A stretch of 64,000 bases of DNA, taken from Paragordius varius. Lineage: Eukaryota > Animalia > Nematomorpha. The position numbers were made by a program, and so were the translations under genes. The stretch covers positions 868,001 to 932,000 of the forward strand of contig OZ176050.1 of assembly GCA_964247055.1 (NCBI GenBank), given 5' to 3'. Each line of letters starts with the position of its first letter. Position 1 is the stretch's first letter. This document shows, one piece after another, positions 1-16,000 of the stretch. Below the pieces are notes generated by a model that saw nothing but the letters and a program-made list of their open reading frames with translations, was not told the origin of the DNA and made no database searches.

Positions 1-3000
1 GGGTAGCCCTATGGTAGTTCCATCATCATCCCAAATATTTTCGAGATCGGAGTATAAATGTAATTTTTATATATTTTTTAAATATTTAAAAAATTTATTT
101 TATACGATTTTAAAAATAAAAATGGCTACCTAAAATCCAAATTTGATCAGGTGATGTCACCATATTTTTTTTTGGGTAGCCCTATGGTAGTTCCATCATC
201 ACCCCAAATATTTTCGAGATCGGAGTATAAATGTAATTTTTATGAATTTTTAAATATTTAAAAAATTTATTTTATAGGATTTTAAAAATAAAAATGGCTA
301 CCTAAAATCCAAATTTGATCAGGTGATGTCGCCATAATTTTTTTTGCGTAGCCCTATGGTAGTTCCATCATCACCCCAAATATTTTCGAGATCGGAGTAT
401 AAGTGTAATTTTTTTGAATTTTTTAAATATTTAAAAAATTTATTTTATACGATTTTAAAAATAAAAATGGCTACCTAAAATCCAAATTTGATCAGGTGAT
501 GTCACTATAATTTTTTTGGGTAGCCCTATGGTAGTTCCATCATCACCCCAAATATTTTCGAGATCGGAGTATAAATGTAATTTTTATGAATTTTTTAAAT
601 ATTTAAAAAATTTATTTTATACGATTTTAAAAATAAAAATGGCTACCTGAAATCCAAATTTGATCAGGTGATGTCGCTATAATTTTTTTTGGGTAGCCCT
701 ATGGTAGTTCCATCATGACCCCAAATATTTTGGGGATCGGACTATAAATGTAATTTTTATGAAATTTTTAAATATTTAAAAAATTTATTTTATACGATTT
801 TAAAAATAAAAATGGCTACCTAAAATCCAAATTTGATCAGGTGATGTCACCATAATTTTTTTTGGGTAGCCCTATGGTAGTTCCATCATCACCCCAAATA
901 TTTTCGAGATCGGAGTATAAATATAATTTTTATGAATTTTTTAAATATTTAAAAAATTTATTTTATACGATTTTAAAAATAAAAATGGCTACCTAAAATC
1001 CAAATTTGATCAGGTGATGTCACCATAATTTTTTTGGGTAGCCCTATGGTAGTTCCATCATCACCCCAAATATTTTCGAGATCGGAGTATAAATGTAATT
1101 TTTATGAATTTTTTAAATATTTAAAAAATTTATTTTATACGATTTTAAAAATAAAAATGGCTACCTAAAATCCAAATTTGATCAGGTGATGTCGCCATAA
1201 TTTTTTTTGGGTAGCCCTATGGTAGTTCCATCATCACCCCAAATATTGTCGAGATCGGAGTATAAATGTGATTTTTATGAATTTTTTAAATATTTAAAAA
1301 ATTTATTTTATACGATTTTAAAATAAAAATGGCTACCAAAAATCCAAATTTGATCAGGTGATGTCGCCATAATTTTTTGTGGGTAGCCCTATGGTAGTTC
1401 CATCATCACCCCAAATATTTTCGAGATCGGAGTATAAATGTAATTTTTATGAATTTTTTAAATATTTAAAAAATTTATTTTCGATTTTAAAAATAAAAAT
1501 GGCTACCTAAAATCCAAATTTGATCAGGTGATGTCACCATAATTTTTTTTGGGTAGCCTTATGGTAGTTCCATCATCACCCCAAATATTTTCGAGATCGG
1601 AGTATAAATGTAATTTTTATGAATTTTTTAAATATTTAAAAAATTTATTTTATACGATTTTAAAAATAAAAATGGCCTACCTAAAATCCAAATTTGATCA
1701 GGTGATGTCACCATAATTTTTTTTGGGTAGCCCTATGGTAGTTCCATCATCACCCCAAATATTTTCGAGATCGGAGTATAAATGTAATTTTTATGAATTT
1801 TTAAATATTTAAAAAATTTATTTTATAGGATTTTAAAAATAAAAATGGCTACCTAAAATCCAAATTTGATCAGGTGATGTCGCCATAATTTTTTTTGCGT
1901 AGCCCTATGGTAGTTCCATCATCACCCCAAATATTTTCGAGATCGGAGTATAAGTGTAATTTTTTTGAATTTTTTAAATATTTAAAAAATTTATTTTATA
2001 CGATTTTAAAAATAAAAATGGCTACCTAAAATCCAAATTTGATCAGGTGATGTCACTATAATTTTTTTGGGTAGCCCTATGGTAGTTCCATCATCACCCC
2101 AAATATTTTCGAGATCGGAGTATAAATGTAATTTTTATGAATTTTTTAAATATTTAAAAAATTTATTTTATACGATTTTAAAAATAAAAATGGCTACCTG
2201 AAATCCAAATTTGATCAGGTGATGTCGCTATAATTTTTTTTGGGTAGCCCTATGGTAGTTCCATCATGACCCCAAATATTTTGGGGATCGGACTATAAAT
2301 GTAATTTTTATGAAATTTTTAAATATTTAAAAAATTTATTTTATACGATTTTAAAAATAAAAATGGCTACCTAAAATCCAAATTTGATCAGGTGATGTCA
2401 CCATAATTTTTTTTGGGTAGCCCTATGGTAGTTCCATCATCACCCCAAATATTTTCGAGATCGGAGTATAAATATAATTTTTATGAATTTTTTAAATATT
2501 TAAAAAATTTATTTTATACGATTTTAAAAATAAAAATGGCTACCTAAAATCCAAATTTGATCAGGTGATGTCACCATAATTTTTTTGGGTAGCCCTATGG
2601 TAGTTCCATCATCACCCCAAATATTTTCGAGATCGGAGTATAAATGTAATTTTTATGAATTTTTTAAATATTTAAAAAATTTATTTTATACGATTTTAAA
2701 AATAAAAATGGCTACCTAAAATCCAAATTTGATCAGGTGATGTCGCCATAATTTTTTTTGGGTAGCCCTATGGTAGTTCCATCATCACCCCAAATATTGT
2801 CGAGATCGGAGTATAAATGTAGTTTTTTTGAATTTTTTAAATATTTAAAAAATTTATTTTATACGATTTTAAAAATAAAAATGGCTACCTAAAATCCGAA
2901 TTTGATCAGGTGATGTCACCATAATTTTTTTTGGGTAGCCCTATGGTAGTTCCATCATCACCCCAAATATTTTCGAGATCGGAGTATAAATGTAATTTTT

Positions 3001-4099
3001 ATGAATTTTTTAAATATTTAAAAAATTTATTTTATACGATTTTAAAAATAAAAATGGCTACCTAAAATCCAAATTTGATCAGGTGATGTCACCATATTTT
3101 TTTTTGGGTAGCCCTATGGTAGTTCCATCATCACCCCAAATATTGTCGAGATCGGAGTATAAATGTAATTTTTTTGAATTTTTTAAATATTTAAAAAATT
3201 TATTTTATACGATTTTAAAAATAAAAATGGCTACCTAAAATCCAAATTTGATCAGGTGATGTCACCATAATTTTTTTTGGGTAGCCCTATGGTAGTTCCA
3301 TCATAACCCCAAATATTTTTGAGATCCGACTTTAAATGTAATTTTTTTGAATTTTTTAAATATTTAAAAAATTTATTTTATACGATTTTAAAAATAAAAA
3401 TGGCTACCTAAAATCCAAATTTGATCAGGTGATGTCGCCATAATTTTTTTTGGGTAGCCCTATGGTAGTTCCATCATAACCCCAACTATTTTTGAGATCG
3501 GACTTTAAATGTAATTTTTTTGAATTTTTTAAATATTTAAAAAATTTATTTTATACGATTTTAAAAATAAAAATGGCTAATCCAAATTTGATCAGGTGAT
3601 GTCACCATAATTTTTTTTGGGTAGCCCTATGGTAGTTCCATCATCACCCCAAATATTTTCGAGATCGGAGTATAAATGTAATTTTTATGAATTTTTTAAA
3701 TATTTAAAAAATTTATTTTATACGATTTTAAAAATAAAAATGGCTACCTAAAATCCAAATTTGATCAGGTGATGTCACTATAATTTTTTTGGGTAGCCCT
3801 ATGGTAGTTCCATCATCACCCCAAATATTTTGGGGATCGGACTATAAATGTAATTTTTATGAATTTTTTAAATATTTAAAAAATTTATTTTATACGATTT
3901 TAAAAATAAAAATGGCTACCTAAAATCCAAATTTGATCAGGTGATGTCACCATAATTTTTTTTGGGTAGCCCTATGGTAGTTCCATCATCACCCCAAATA
4001 TTTTGGGGATCGGACTATAAATGTAATTTTTATGAATTTTTTAAATATTTAAAAAATTTATTTTATACGATTTTAAAAATAAAAATGGCTACCTAAAAT

Positions 4100-7000
4100 C
4101 CAAATTTGATCAGGTGATGTCGCCATAATTTTTTTTGCGTAGCCCTATGGTAGTTCCATCATCACCCCAAATATTTTCGAGATCGGAGTATAAGTGTAAT
4201 TTTTTTGAATTTTTTAAATATTTAAAAAATTTATTTTATACGATTTTAAAAATAAAAATGGCTAAATAAAATCCAAATTTGATCAGGTGATGTCACTATA
4301 ATTTTTTTGGGTAGCCCTATGGTAGTTCCATCATCACCCCAAATATTTTCGAGATCGGAGTATAAATGTAATTTTTATGAATTTTTTAAATATTTAAAAA
4401 ATTTATTTTATACGATTTTAAAAATAAAAATGGCTACCTGAAATCCAAATTTGATCAGGTGATGTCGCTATAATTTTTTTTGGGTAGCCCTATGGTAGTT
4501 CCATCATGACCCCAAATATTTTGGGGATCGGACTATAAATGTAATTTTTATGAAATTTTTAAATATTTAAAAAATTTATTTTATACGATTTTAAAAATAA
4601 AAATGGCTACCTAAAATCCAAATTTGATCAGGTGATGTCACCATAATTTTTTTTGGGTAGCCCTATGGTAGTTCCATCATCACCCCAAATATTTTCGAGA
4701 TCGGAGTATAAATGTAATTTTTATGAATTTTTTAAATATTTAAAAAATTTATTTTAAACGATTTTAAAAATAAAAATGGCTACCTAAAATCCGAATTTGA
4801 TCAGGTGATGTCACCATAATTTTTTTTGGGTAGCCCTATGGTAGTTCCATCATCACCCCAAATATTTTCGAGATCGGAGTATAAATGTAATTTTTATGAA
4901 TTTTTTAAATATTTAAAAAATTTATTTTATACGATTTTAAAAATAAAAATGGCTACCTAAAATCCAAATTTGATCAGGTGATGTCACCATATTTTTTTTT
5001 GGGTAGCCCTATGGTAGTTCCATCATCACCCCAAATATTGTCGAGATCGGAGTATAAATGTAATTTTTTTGAATTTTTTAAATATTTAAAAAATTTATTT
5101 TATACGATTTTAAAAATAAAAATGGCTACCTAAAATCCAAATTTGATCAGGTGATGTCGCCATAATTTTTTTTGGGTAGCCCTATGGTAGTTCCATCATA
5201 ACCCCAAATATTTTTGAGATCCGACTTTAAATGTAATTTTTTTGAATTTTTTAAATATTTAAAAAATTTATTTTATACGATTTTAAAAATAAAAATGGCT
5301 ACCTAAAATCCAAATTTGATCAGGTGATGTCGCCATAATTTTTTTTGGGTAGCCCTATGGTAGTTCCATCATAACCCCAACTATTTTTGAGATCGGACTT
5401 TAAATGTAATTTTTTTGAATTTTTTAAATATTTAAAAAATTTATTTTATACGATTTTAAAAATAAAAATGGCTACCTAAAATCCAAATTTGATCAGGTGA
5501 TGTCGCCATAATTTTTTTTGGGTAGCCCTATGGTAGTTCCATCATCACCCCAAATATTTTCGAGATCGGAGTATAAATGTAATTTTTATGAATTTTTTAA
5601 ATATTTAAAAAATTTATTTTATACGATTTTAAAAATAAAAATGGCTACCTAAAATCCAAATTTGATCAGGTGATGTCACCATAATTTTTTGGGTAGCCCT
5701 ATGGTAGTTCCATCATCACCCCAAATATTTTCGAGATCGGAGTATAAATGTAATTTTTATGAATTTTTTAAATATTTAAAAAATTTATTTTATACGATTT
5801 TAAAAATAAAAATGGCTACCTAAAATCCAAATTTGATCAGGTAATGTCGCCATAATTTTTTTTGGGTAGCCCTATAGTAGTTCCATCATCACCCCAAATA
5901 TTTTGGAGGATCGGACTATAAATGTAATTTTTATGAATTTTGTAAATATTTAAAAAATTTATTTTATACGATTTTAAAAATAAAAATGGCTACCTAAAAT
6001 CCAAATTTGATCAGGTGATGTCACCATAATTTTTTTTGGGTAGCCCTATGGTAGTTCCATCATCACCCCAAATATTTTCGAGATCGGAGTCTAAATGTAA
6101 TTTTTATGAATTTTTTAAATATTTAAAAAATTTATTTTATACGATATTAAAAATAAAAATGGCTACCTAAAATCCAAATTTGATCAGGTGATGTCACCAT
6201 AATTTTTTTTGGGTAGCCCTATGGTAATTCCATCATCACCCCAAATATTTTCGAGATCGGAGTATAAATGTAATTTTTATGAATTTTTTAAATATTTAAA
6301 AAATTTATTTTATACGATTTTAAAAATAAAAATGGCTACCTATCCAAATTTGATCAGGTGATGTCACCATAATTGTTTTTAGGTTACCCTATGATAATTC
6401 CATCATCACCCCAAATATTGTCGAGATCGGAGTATAAATGTAATTTTTTTGAATTTTTTAAATATTTAAAAAATTTATTTTATACCATTTTAAAAATAAA
6501 AATGGCTACCTAAAATCAAAATTTGATCAGGTGATGTCGCCATAATTTTGTTTGGGTAGCCCTATGGTAGTTCCATCATCACCCCAAATATTTTGGGGAT
6601 TGGACTATAAATGTAATTTTTATGAATTTTTTAAATATTTAAAAAATTTATTTTATACGATTTTAAAAATAAAAATGGCTACCAAAAATCCAAATTTGAT
6701 CAGGTGATGTCACCATAATTTTTTTAAAATTTATTTTATACGATTTTAAAAATAAAAATGGCTATCTAAAATCCAAATTTGATCAGGTGATGTCACCATA
6801 ATTTTTTTTGGGTAGCCCTATGGTAGTTCCATCATCACCCCAAATATTTTCGAGATCGGAGTATAAATGTAATTTTTATGAATTTTTTAAATATTTAAAA
6901 AATTTATTTTATACGATTTTAAAAATAAATGGCTACCTAAAATCCAAATTTGATCAGGTGATGTCACCATAATTTTTTTTGGGTAGCCCTATGGTAGTTC

Positions 7001-10000
7001 CATCATCACCCCAAATATTTTCGAGATCGGAGTATAAATGTAATTTTTATGAATTTTTTAAATATTTAAAAAATTTATTTTATACGATTTTAAAAATAAA
7101 AATGGCTACCTATCCAAATTTGATCAGGTGATGTCACCATAATTGTTTTTGGGTAGCCCTATGATAATTCCATCATCACCCCAAATATTGTCGAGATCGG
7201 AGTATAAATGTAATTTTTTTGAATTTTTTAAATATTTAAAAAATTTATTTTATACGATTTTAAAAATAAAAATGGCTACCTAAAATCAAAATTTGATCAG
7301 GTGATGTCGCCATAATTTTTTTTGGGTAGCCCTATGGTAGTTCCATCATCACCCCAAATATTTTGGGGATCGGACTATAAATGTAATTTTTATGAATTTT
7401 TTAAATATTTAAAAAATTTATTTTATACGATTTTAAAAATAAAAATGGCTACCTAAAATCCAAATTTGATCAGGTGATGTCTCCATAATTTTTTTGGGTA
7501 GCCCTATGGTAGTTCCATCATCACCCCAAATATTTTGGGGTTCGGACTATAAATGTAATTTTTATGAATTTTTTAAATATTTAAAAAATTTATTTTATAC
7601 GATTTTAAAAATCAAAATGGCTACCTAAAATCCAAATTGGATCAGGTGATGTCACTATAATTTTTTTGGGTAGCCCTATGGTAGTTCCATCATCACCCCA
7701 AATATTTTGGGGATCGGAGTATAAATGTAATTTTTATGAATTTTTTAAATATTTAAAAAATTTATTTTATACGATTAAAATAAAAATGGCTACCTAAAAT
7801 CCAAATTTGATCAGGTGATGTCACCATAATTTTTTTTGGGTAGCCCTATGGTAGTTCCATCATCACCCCAAATATTTTCGAGATCGGAGTACAAATGTAT
7901 TTTTTATGAATTTTTTAAATATTTAAAAAATTTATTTTATACGATTTTAAAAATAAAAATGGCTACCTAAAATCCAAATTTGATCAGGTGATGTCACCAT
8001 AATTTTTTTTGGGTAGCCCTATGGTAGTTCCATCATCACCCCAAATATTTTCGAGATCGGAGTCTAAATGTAATTTTTATGAATTTTTTAAATATTTAAA
8101 AAATTTATTTTATACGATATTAAAAATAAAAATGTCTACCTAAAATCCAAATTTGATCAGGTGATGTCACCATAATTTTTTTTGGGTAGCCCTATGGTAA
8201 TTCCATCATCACCCCAAATATTGTCGAGATCGGAGTATAAATGTAATTTTTTTGAATTTTTTAAATATTTAAAAAATTTATTTTATACGATTTTAAAAAT
8301 AAAAATGGCTACCTAAAATCCAAATTTGATCAGGTGATGTCACCATAATTTTTTTGGGTAGCCCTATGGTTGTTCCATCATCACCTCAAATATTTTCGAG
8401 ATCGGAGTATAAATGTAATTTTTATGAATTTTTTAAATATTTAAAAAATTTATTTTATACGATTTTAAAAATAAAAATGGCTACCTTAAATCCAAATGTG
8501 ATCAGGTGATATCACCATAATTTTTTTGGGTAGCCCTATGGTAGTTCCATCATCACCCCAAATATTTTCGAGATCGGAGTATAAATGTAATTTTTATGAA
8601 TTTTTTAAATATTTAAAAAATTTATTTTATACGATTTTAAAAATAAATGGCTACCTAAAATCCAAATTTGATCAGGTGATGTCACCATAATTTTTTTTGG
8701 GTAGCCCTATGGTAGTTCCATCATCACCCCAAATATTTTCGAGATCGGAGTATAAATGTAATTTTTATGAATTTTTTAAATATTTAAAAAATTTATTTTA
8801 TACGATTTTAAAAATAAAAATGGCTACCTATCCAAATTTGATCAGGTGATGTCACCATAATTGTTTTTGGGTTACCCTATGATAATTCCATCATCACCCC
8901 AAATATTGTCGAGATCGGAGTATAAATATAATTTTTTTGAATTTTTTAAATATTTAAAAAATTTATTTTATACGATTTTAAAAATAAAAATGGCTACCTA
9001 AAATCAAAATTTGATCAGGTGATGTCGCCATAATTTTGCTTGGGTAGCCCTATGGTAGTTCCATCATCACCCCAAATATTTTGGGGATCGGACTATAAAT
9101 GTAATTTTTATGAATTTTTTAAATATTTAAAAAATTTATTTTATACGATTTTAAAAATAAAAATGGCTACCAAAAATCCAAATTTGATCAGGTGATGTCA
9201 CCATAATTTTTTTAAAATTTATTTTATACGATTTTAAAAATAAAAATGGCTACCTAAAATCCAAATTTGATCAGGTGATGTCACCATAATTTTTTTTGGG
9301 TAGCCCTATGGTAGTTCCATCATCACCCCAAATATTTTCGAGATCGGAGTATAAATGTAATTTTTATGAATTTTTTAAATATTTAAAAAATTTATTTTAT
9401 ACGATTTTAAAAATAAATGGCTACCTAAAATCCAAATTTGATCAGGTGATGTCACCATAATTTTTTTTGGGTAGCCCTATGGTAGTTCCATCATCACCCC
9501 AAATATTTTCGAGATCGGAGTATAAATGTAATTTTTATGAATTTTTTAAATATTTAAAAAATTTATTTTATACGATTTTAAAAATAAAAATGGCTACCTA
9601 TCCAAATTTGATCAGGTGATGTCACCATAATTGTTTTTGGGTAGCCCTATGATAATTCCATCATCACCCCAAATATTGTCGAGATCGGAGTATAAATGTA
9701 ATTTTTTTGAATTTTTTAAATATTTAAAAAATTTATTTTATACGATTTTAAAAATAAAAATGGCTACCTAAAATCAAAATTTGATCAGGTGATGTCGCCA
9801 TAATTTTGCTTGGGTAGCCCTATGGTAGTTCCATCATCACCCCAAATATTTTGGGGATCGGACTATAAATGTAATTTTTATGAATTTTTTAAATATTTAA
9901 AAAATTTATTTTATACGATTTTAAAAATAAAAATGGCTACCAAAAATCCAAATTTGATCAGGTGATGTCACCATAATTTTTTTAAAATTTATTTTATACG

Positions 10001-13000
10001 ATTTTAAAAATAAAAATGGCTACCTAAAATCCAAATTTGATCAGGTGATGTCACCATAATTTTTTTTGGGTAGCCCTATGGTAGTTCCATCATCACCCCA
10101 AATATTTTCGAGATCGGAGTATAAATGTAATTTTTATGAATTTTTTAAATATTTAAAAAATTTATTTTATACGATTTTAAAAATAAAAATGGCTACCTAA
10201 AATCCAAATTTGATCAGGTGATGTCGCCATAATTTTTTTTGCGTAGCCCTATGGTAGTTCCATCATCACCCCAAATATTTTCGAGATCGGAGTATAAGTG
10301 TAATTTTTTTGAATTTTTTAAATATTTTAAAAATTTATTTTATACGATTTTAAAAATAAAAATGGCTACCTAAAATCCAAATTTGATCAGGTGATGTCAC
10401 TATAATTTTTTTGGGTAGCCCTATGGTAGTTCCATCATCAACTCAAATATTTTCGAGATCGGAGTATAAATGTAATTTTTATGAATTTTTTAAATATTTA
10501 AAAAATTTATTTTATACGATTTTAAAAATAAAAATGGCTACCTGAAATCCAAATTTGATCAGGTGATGTCGCTATAATTTTTTTTGGGTAGCCCTATGGT
10601 AGTTCCATCATGACCCCAAATATTTTGGGGATCGGACTATAAATGTAATTTTTATGAAATTTTTAAATATTTAAAAAATTTATTTTATACGATTTTAAAA
10701 ATAAAAATGGCTACCTAAAATCCAAATTTGATCAGGTGATGTCACCATAATTTTTTTTGGGTAGCCCTATGGTAGTTCCATCATCACCCCAAATATTTTC
10801 GAGATCGGAGTATAAATGTAATTTTTATGAATTTTTTAAATATTTAAAAAATTTATTTTATACGATTTTAAAAATAAAAATGGCTACCTAAAATCCGAAT
10901 TTGATCAGGTGATGTCACCATAATTTTTTTTGGGTAGCCCTATGGTAGTTCCATCATCACCCCAAATATTTTCGAGATCGGAGTATAAATGTAATTTTTA
11001 TGAATTTTTTAAATATTTAAAAAATTTATTTTATACGATTTTAAAAATAAAAATGGCTACCTAAAATCCAAATTTGATCAGGTGATGTCACCATATTTTT
11101 TTTTGGGTAGCCCTATGGTAGTTCCATCATCACCCCAAATATTGTCGAGATCGGAGTATAAATGTAATTTTTTTGAATTTTTTAAATATTTAAAAAATTT
11201 ATTTTATACGATTTTAAAAATAAAAATGGCTACCTAAAATCCAAATTTGATCAGGTGATGTCGCCATAATTTTTTTTGGGTAGCCCTATGGTAGTTCCAT
11301 CATAACCCCAAATATTTTTGAGATCCGACTTTAAATGTAATTTTTTTGAATTTTTTAAATATTTAAAAAATTTATTTTATACGATTTTAAAAATAAAAAT
11401 GGCTACCTAAAATCCAAATTTGATCAGGTGATGTCGCCATAATTTTTTTTGGGTAGCCCTATGGTAGTTCCATCATAACCCCAACTATTTTTGAGATCGG
11501 ACTTTAAATGTAATTTTTTTGAATTTTTTAAATATTTAAAAAATTTATTTTATACGATTTTAAAAATAAAAATGGCTACCTAAAATCCAAATTTGATCAG
11601 GTGATGTCGCCATAATTTTTTTTGGGTAGCCCTATGGTAGTTCCATCATCACCCCAAATATTTTCGAGATCGGAGTATAAATGTAATTTTTATGAATTTT
11701 TTAAATATTTAAAAAATTTATTTTATACGATTTTAAAAATAAAAATGGCTACCTAAAATCCAAATTTGATCAGGTGATGTCACCATAATTTTTTGGGTAG
11801 CCCTATGGTAGTTCCATCATCACCCCAAATATTTTCGAGATCGGAGTATAAATGTAATTTTTATGAATTTTTTAAATATTTAAAAAATTTATTTTATACG
11901 ATTTTAAAAATAAAAATGGCTACCTAAAATCCAAATTTGATCAGGTGATGTCGCCATAATTTTTTTTGGGTAGCCCTATGGTAGTTCCATCATAACCCCA
12001 ACTATTTTTGAGATCGGACTTTAAATGTAATTTTTTTGAATTTTTTAAATATTTAAAAAATTTATTTTATACGATTTTAAAAATAAAAATGGCTACCTAA
12101 AATCCAAATTTGATCAGGTGATGTCGCCATAATTTTTTTTGGGTAGCCCTATGGTAGTTCCATCATCACCCCAAATATTTTCGAGATCGGAGTATAAATG
12201 TAATTTTTATGAATTTTTTAAATATTTAAAAAATTTATTTTATACGATTTTAAAAATAAAAATGGCTACCTAAAATCCAAATTTGATCAGGTGATGTCAC
12301 CATAATTTTTTGGGTAGCCCTATGGTAGTTCCATCATCACCCCAAATATTTTCGAGATCGGAGTATAAATGTAATTTTTATGAATTTTTTAAATATTTAA
12401 AAAATTTATTTTATACGATTTTAAAAATAAAAATGACTACCTAAAATCCAAATTTGATCAGGTAATGTCGCCATAATTTTTTTTGGGTAGCCCTATAGTA
12501 GTTCCATCATCACCCCAAATATTTTGGAGGATCGGACTATAAATGTAATTTTTATGAATTTTGTAAATATTTAAAAAATTTATTTTATACGATTTTAAAA
12601 ATAAAAATGGCTACCTAAAATCCAAATTTGATCAGGTGATGTCACCATAATTTTTTTTGGGTAGCCCTATGGTAGTTCCATCATCACCCCAAATATTTTC
12701 GAGATCGGAGTCTAAATGTAATTTTTATGAATTTTTTAAATATTTAAAAAATTTATTTTATACGATATTAAAAATAAAAATGGCTACCTAAAATCCAAAT
12801 TTGATCAGGTGATGTCACCATAATTTTTTTTGGGTAGCCCTATGGTAATTCCATCATCACCCCAAATATTTTCGAGATCGGAGTATAAATGTAATTTTTA
12901 TGAATTTTTTAAATATTTAAAAAATTTATTTTATACGATTTTAAAAATAAAAATGGCTACCTATCCAAATTTGATCAGGTGATGTCACCATAATTGTTTT

Positions 13001-16000
13001 TAGGTTACCCTATGATAATTCCATCATCACCCCAAATATTGTCGAGATCGGAGTATAAATGTAATTTTTTTGAATTTTTTAAATATTTAAAAAATTTATT
13101 TTATACCATTTTAAAAATAAAAATGGCTACCTAAAATCAAAATTTGATCAGGTGATGTCGCCATAATTTTGTTTGGGTAGCCCTATGGTAGTTCCATCAT
13201 CACCCCAAATATTTTGGGGATTGGACTATAAATGTAATTTTTATGAATTTTTTAAATATTTAAAAAATTTATTTTATACGATTTTAAAAATAAAAATGGC
13301 TACCAAAAATCCAAATTTGATCAGGTGATGTCACCATAATTTTTTTAAAATTTATTTTATACGATTTTAAAAATAAAAATGGCTACCTAAAATCCAAATT
13401 TGATCAGGTGATGTCACCATAATTTTTTTTGGGTAGCCCTATGGTAGTTCCATCATCACCCCAAATATTTTCGAGATCGGAGTATAAATGTAATTTTTAT
13501 GAATTTTTTAAATATTTAAAAAATTTATTTTATACGATTTTAAAAATAAATGGCTACCTAAAATCCAAATTTGATCAGGTGATGTCACCATAATTTTTTT
13601 TGGGTAGCCCTATGGTAGTTCCATCATCACCCCAAATATTTTCGAGATCGGAGTATAAATGTAATTTTTATGAATTTTTTAAATATTTAAAAAATTTATT
13701 TTATACGATTTTAAAAATAAAAATGGCTACCTATCCAAATTTGATCAGGTGATGTCACCATAATTGTTTTTGGGTAGCCCTATGATAATTCCATCATCAC
13801 CCCAAATATTGTCGAGATCGGAGTATAAATGTAATTTTTTTGAATTTTTTAAATATTTAAAAAATTTATTTTATACGATTTTAAAAATAAAAATGGCTAC
13901 CTAAAATCAAAATTTGATCAGGTGATGTCGCCATAATTTTTTTTGGGTAGCCCTATGGTAGTTCCATCATCACCCCAAATATTTTGGGGATCGGACTATA
14001 AATGTAATTTTTATGAATTTTTTAAATATTTAAAAAATTTATTTTATACGATTTTAAAAATAAAAATGGCTACCTAAAATCCAAATTTGATCAGGTGATG
14101 TCTCCATAATTTTTTTGGGTAGCCCTATGGTAGTTCCATCATCACCCCAAATATTTTGGGGTTCGGACTATAAATGTAATTTTTATGAATTTTTTAAATA
14201 TTTAAAAAATTTATTTTATACGATTTTAAAAATCAAAATGGCTACCTAAAATCCAAATTGGATCAGGTGATGTCACTATAATTTTTTTGGGTAGCCCTAT
14301 GGTAGTTCCATCATCACCCCAAATATTTTGGGGATCGGAGTATAAATGTAATTTTTATGAATTTTTTAAATATTTAAAAAATTTATTTTATACGATTAAA
14401 ATAAAAATGGCTACCTAAAATCCAAATTTGATCAGGTGATGTCACCATAATTTTTTTTGGGTAGCCCTATGGTAGTTCCATCATCACCCCAAATATTTTC
14501 GAGATCGGAGTACAAATGTAATTTTTATGAATTTTTTAAATATTTAAAAAATTTATTTTATACGATTTTAAAAATAAAAATGGCTACCTAAAATCCAAAT
14601 TTGATCAGGTGATGTCACCATAATTTTTTTTGGGTAGCCCTATGGTAGTTCCATCATCACCCCAAATATTTTCGAGATCGGAGTCTAAATGTAATTTTTA
14701 TGAATTTTTTAAATATTTAAAAAATTTATTTTATACGATATTAAAAATAAAAATGTCTACCTAAAATCCAAATTTGATCAGGTGATGTCACCATAATTTT
14801 TTTTGGGTAGCCCTATGGTAATTCCATCATCACCCCAAATATTGTCGAGATCGGAGTATAAATGTAATTTTTTTGAATTTTTTAAATATTTAAAAAATTT
14901 ATTTTATACGATTTTAAAAATAAAAATGGCTACCTAAAATCCAAATTTGATCAGGTGATGTCACCATAATTTTTTTGGGTAGCCCTATGGTTGTTCCATC
15001 ATCACCTCAAATATTTTCGAGATCGGAGTATAAATGTAATTTTTATGAATTTTTTAAATATTTAAAAAATTTATTTTATACGATTTTAAAAATAAAAATG
15101 GCTACCTTAAATCCAAATGTGATCAGGTGATATCACCATAATTTTTTTGGGTAGCCCTATGGTAGTTCCATCATCACCCCAAATATTTTCGAGATCGGAG
15201 TATAAATGTAATTTTTATGAATTTTTTAAATATTTAAAAAATTTATTTTATACGATTTTAAAAATAAATGGCTACCTAAAATCCAAATTTGATCAGGTGA
15301 TGTCACCATAATTTTTTTTGGGTAGCCCTATGGTAGTTCCATCATCACCCCAAATATTTTCGAGATCGGAGTATAAATGTAATTTTTATGAATTTTTTAA
15401 ATATTTAAAAAATTTATTTTATACGATTTTAAAAATAAAAATGGCTACCTATCCAAATTTGATCAGGTGATGTCACCATAATTGTTTTTGGGTTACCCTA
15501 TGATAATTCCATCATCACCCCAAATATTGTCGAGATCGGAGTATAAATATAATTTTTTTGAATTTTTTAAATATTTAAAAAATTTATTTTATACGATTTT
15601 AAAAATAAAAATGGCTACCTAAAATCAAAATTTGATCAGGTGATGTCGCCATAATTTTGCTTGGGTAGCCCTATGGTAGTTCCATCATCACCCCAAATAT
15701 TTTGGGGATCGGACTATAAATGTAATTTTTATGAATTTTTTAAATATTTAAAAAATTTATTTTATACGATTTTAAAAATAAAAATGGCTACCAAAAATCC
15801 AAATTTGATCAGGTGATGTCACCATAATTTTTTTAAAATTTATTTTATACGATTTTAAAAATAAAAATGGCTACCTAAAATCCAAATTTGATCAGGTGAT
15901 GTCACCATAATTTTTTTTGGGTAGCCCTATGGTAGTTCCATCATCACCCCAAATATTTTCGAGATCGGAGTATAAATGTAATTTTTATGAATTTTTTAAA

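Noticed and set aside
1-173. CENP-B box or a named satellite family
   Set aside because: No TTCG....A..CGGG-type box is present, and I cannot match the monomer to a known family from memory, so no species or family name is given.
3829-3835. TTTTGGGG and CCCCAAAT as telomeric repeats
   Set aside because: There is a single unit per monomer, never tandem, and no TTAGG/TTAGGG arrays.
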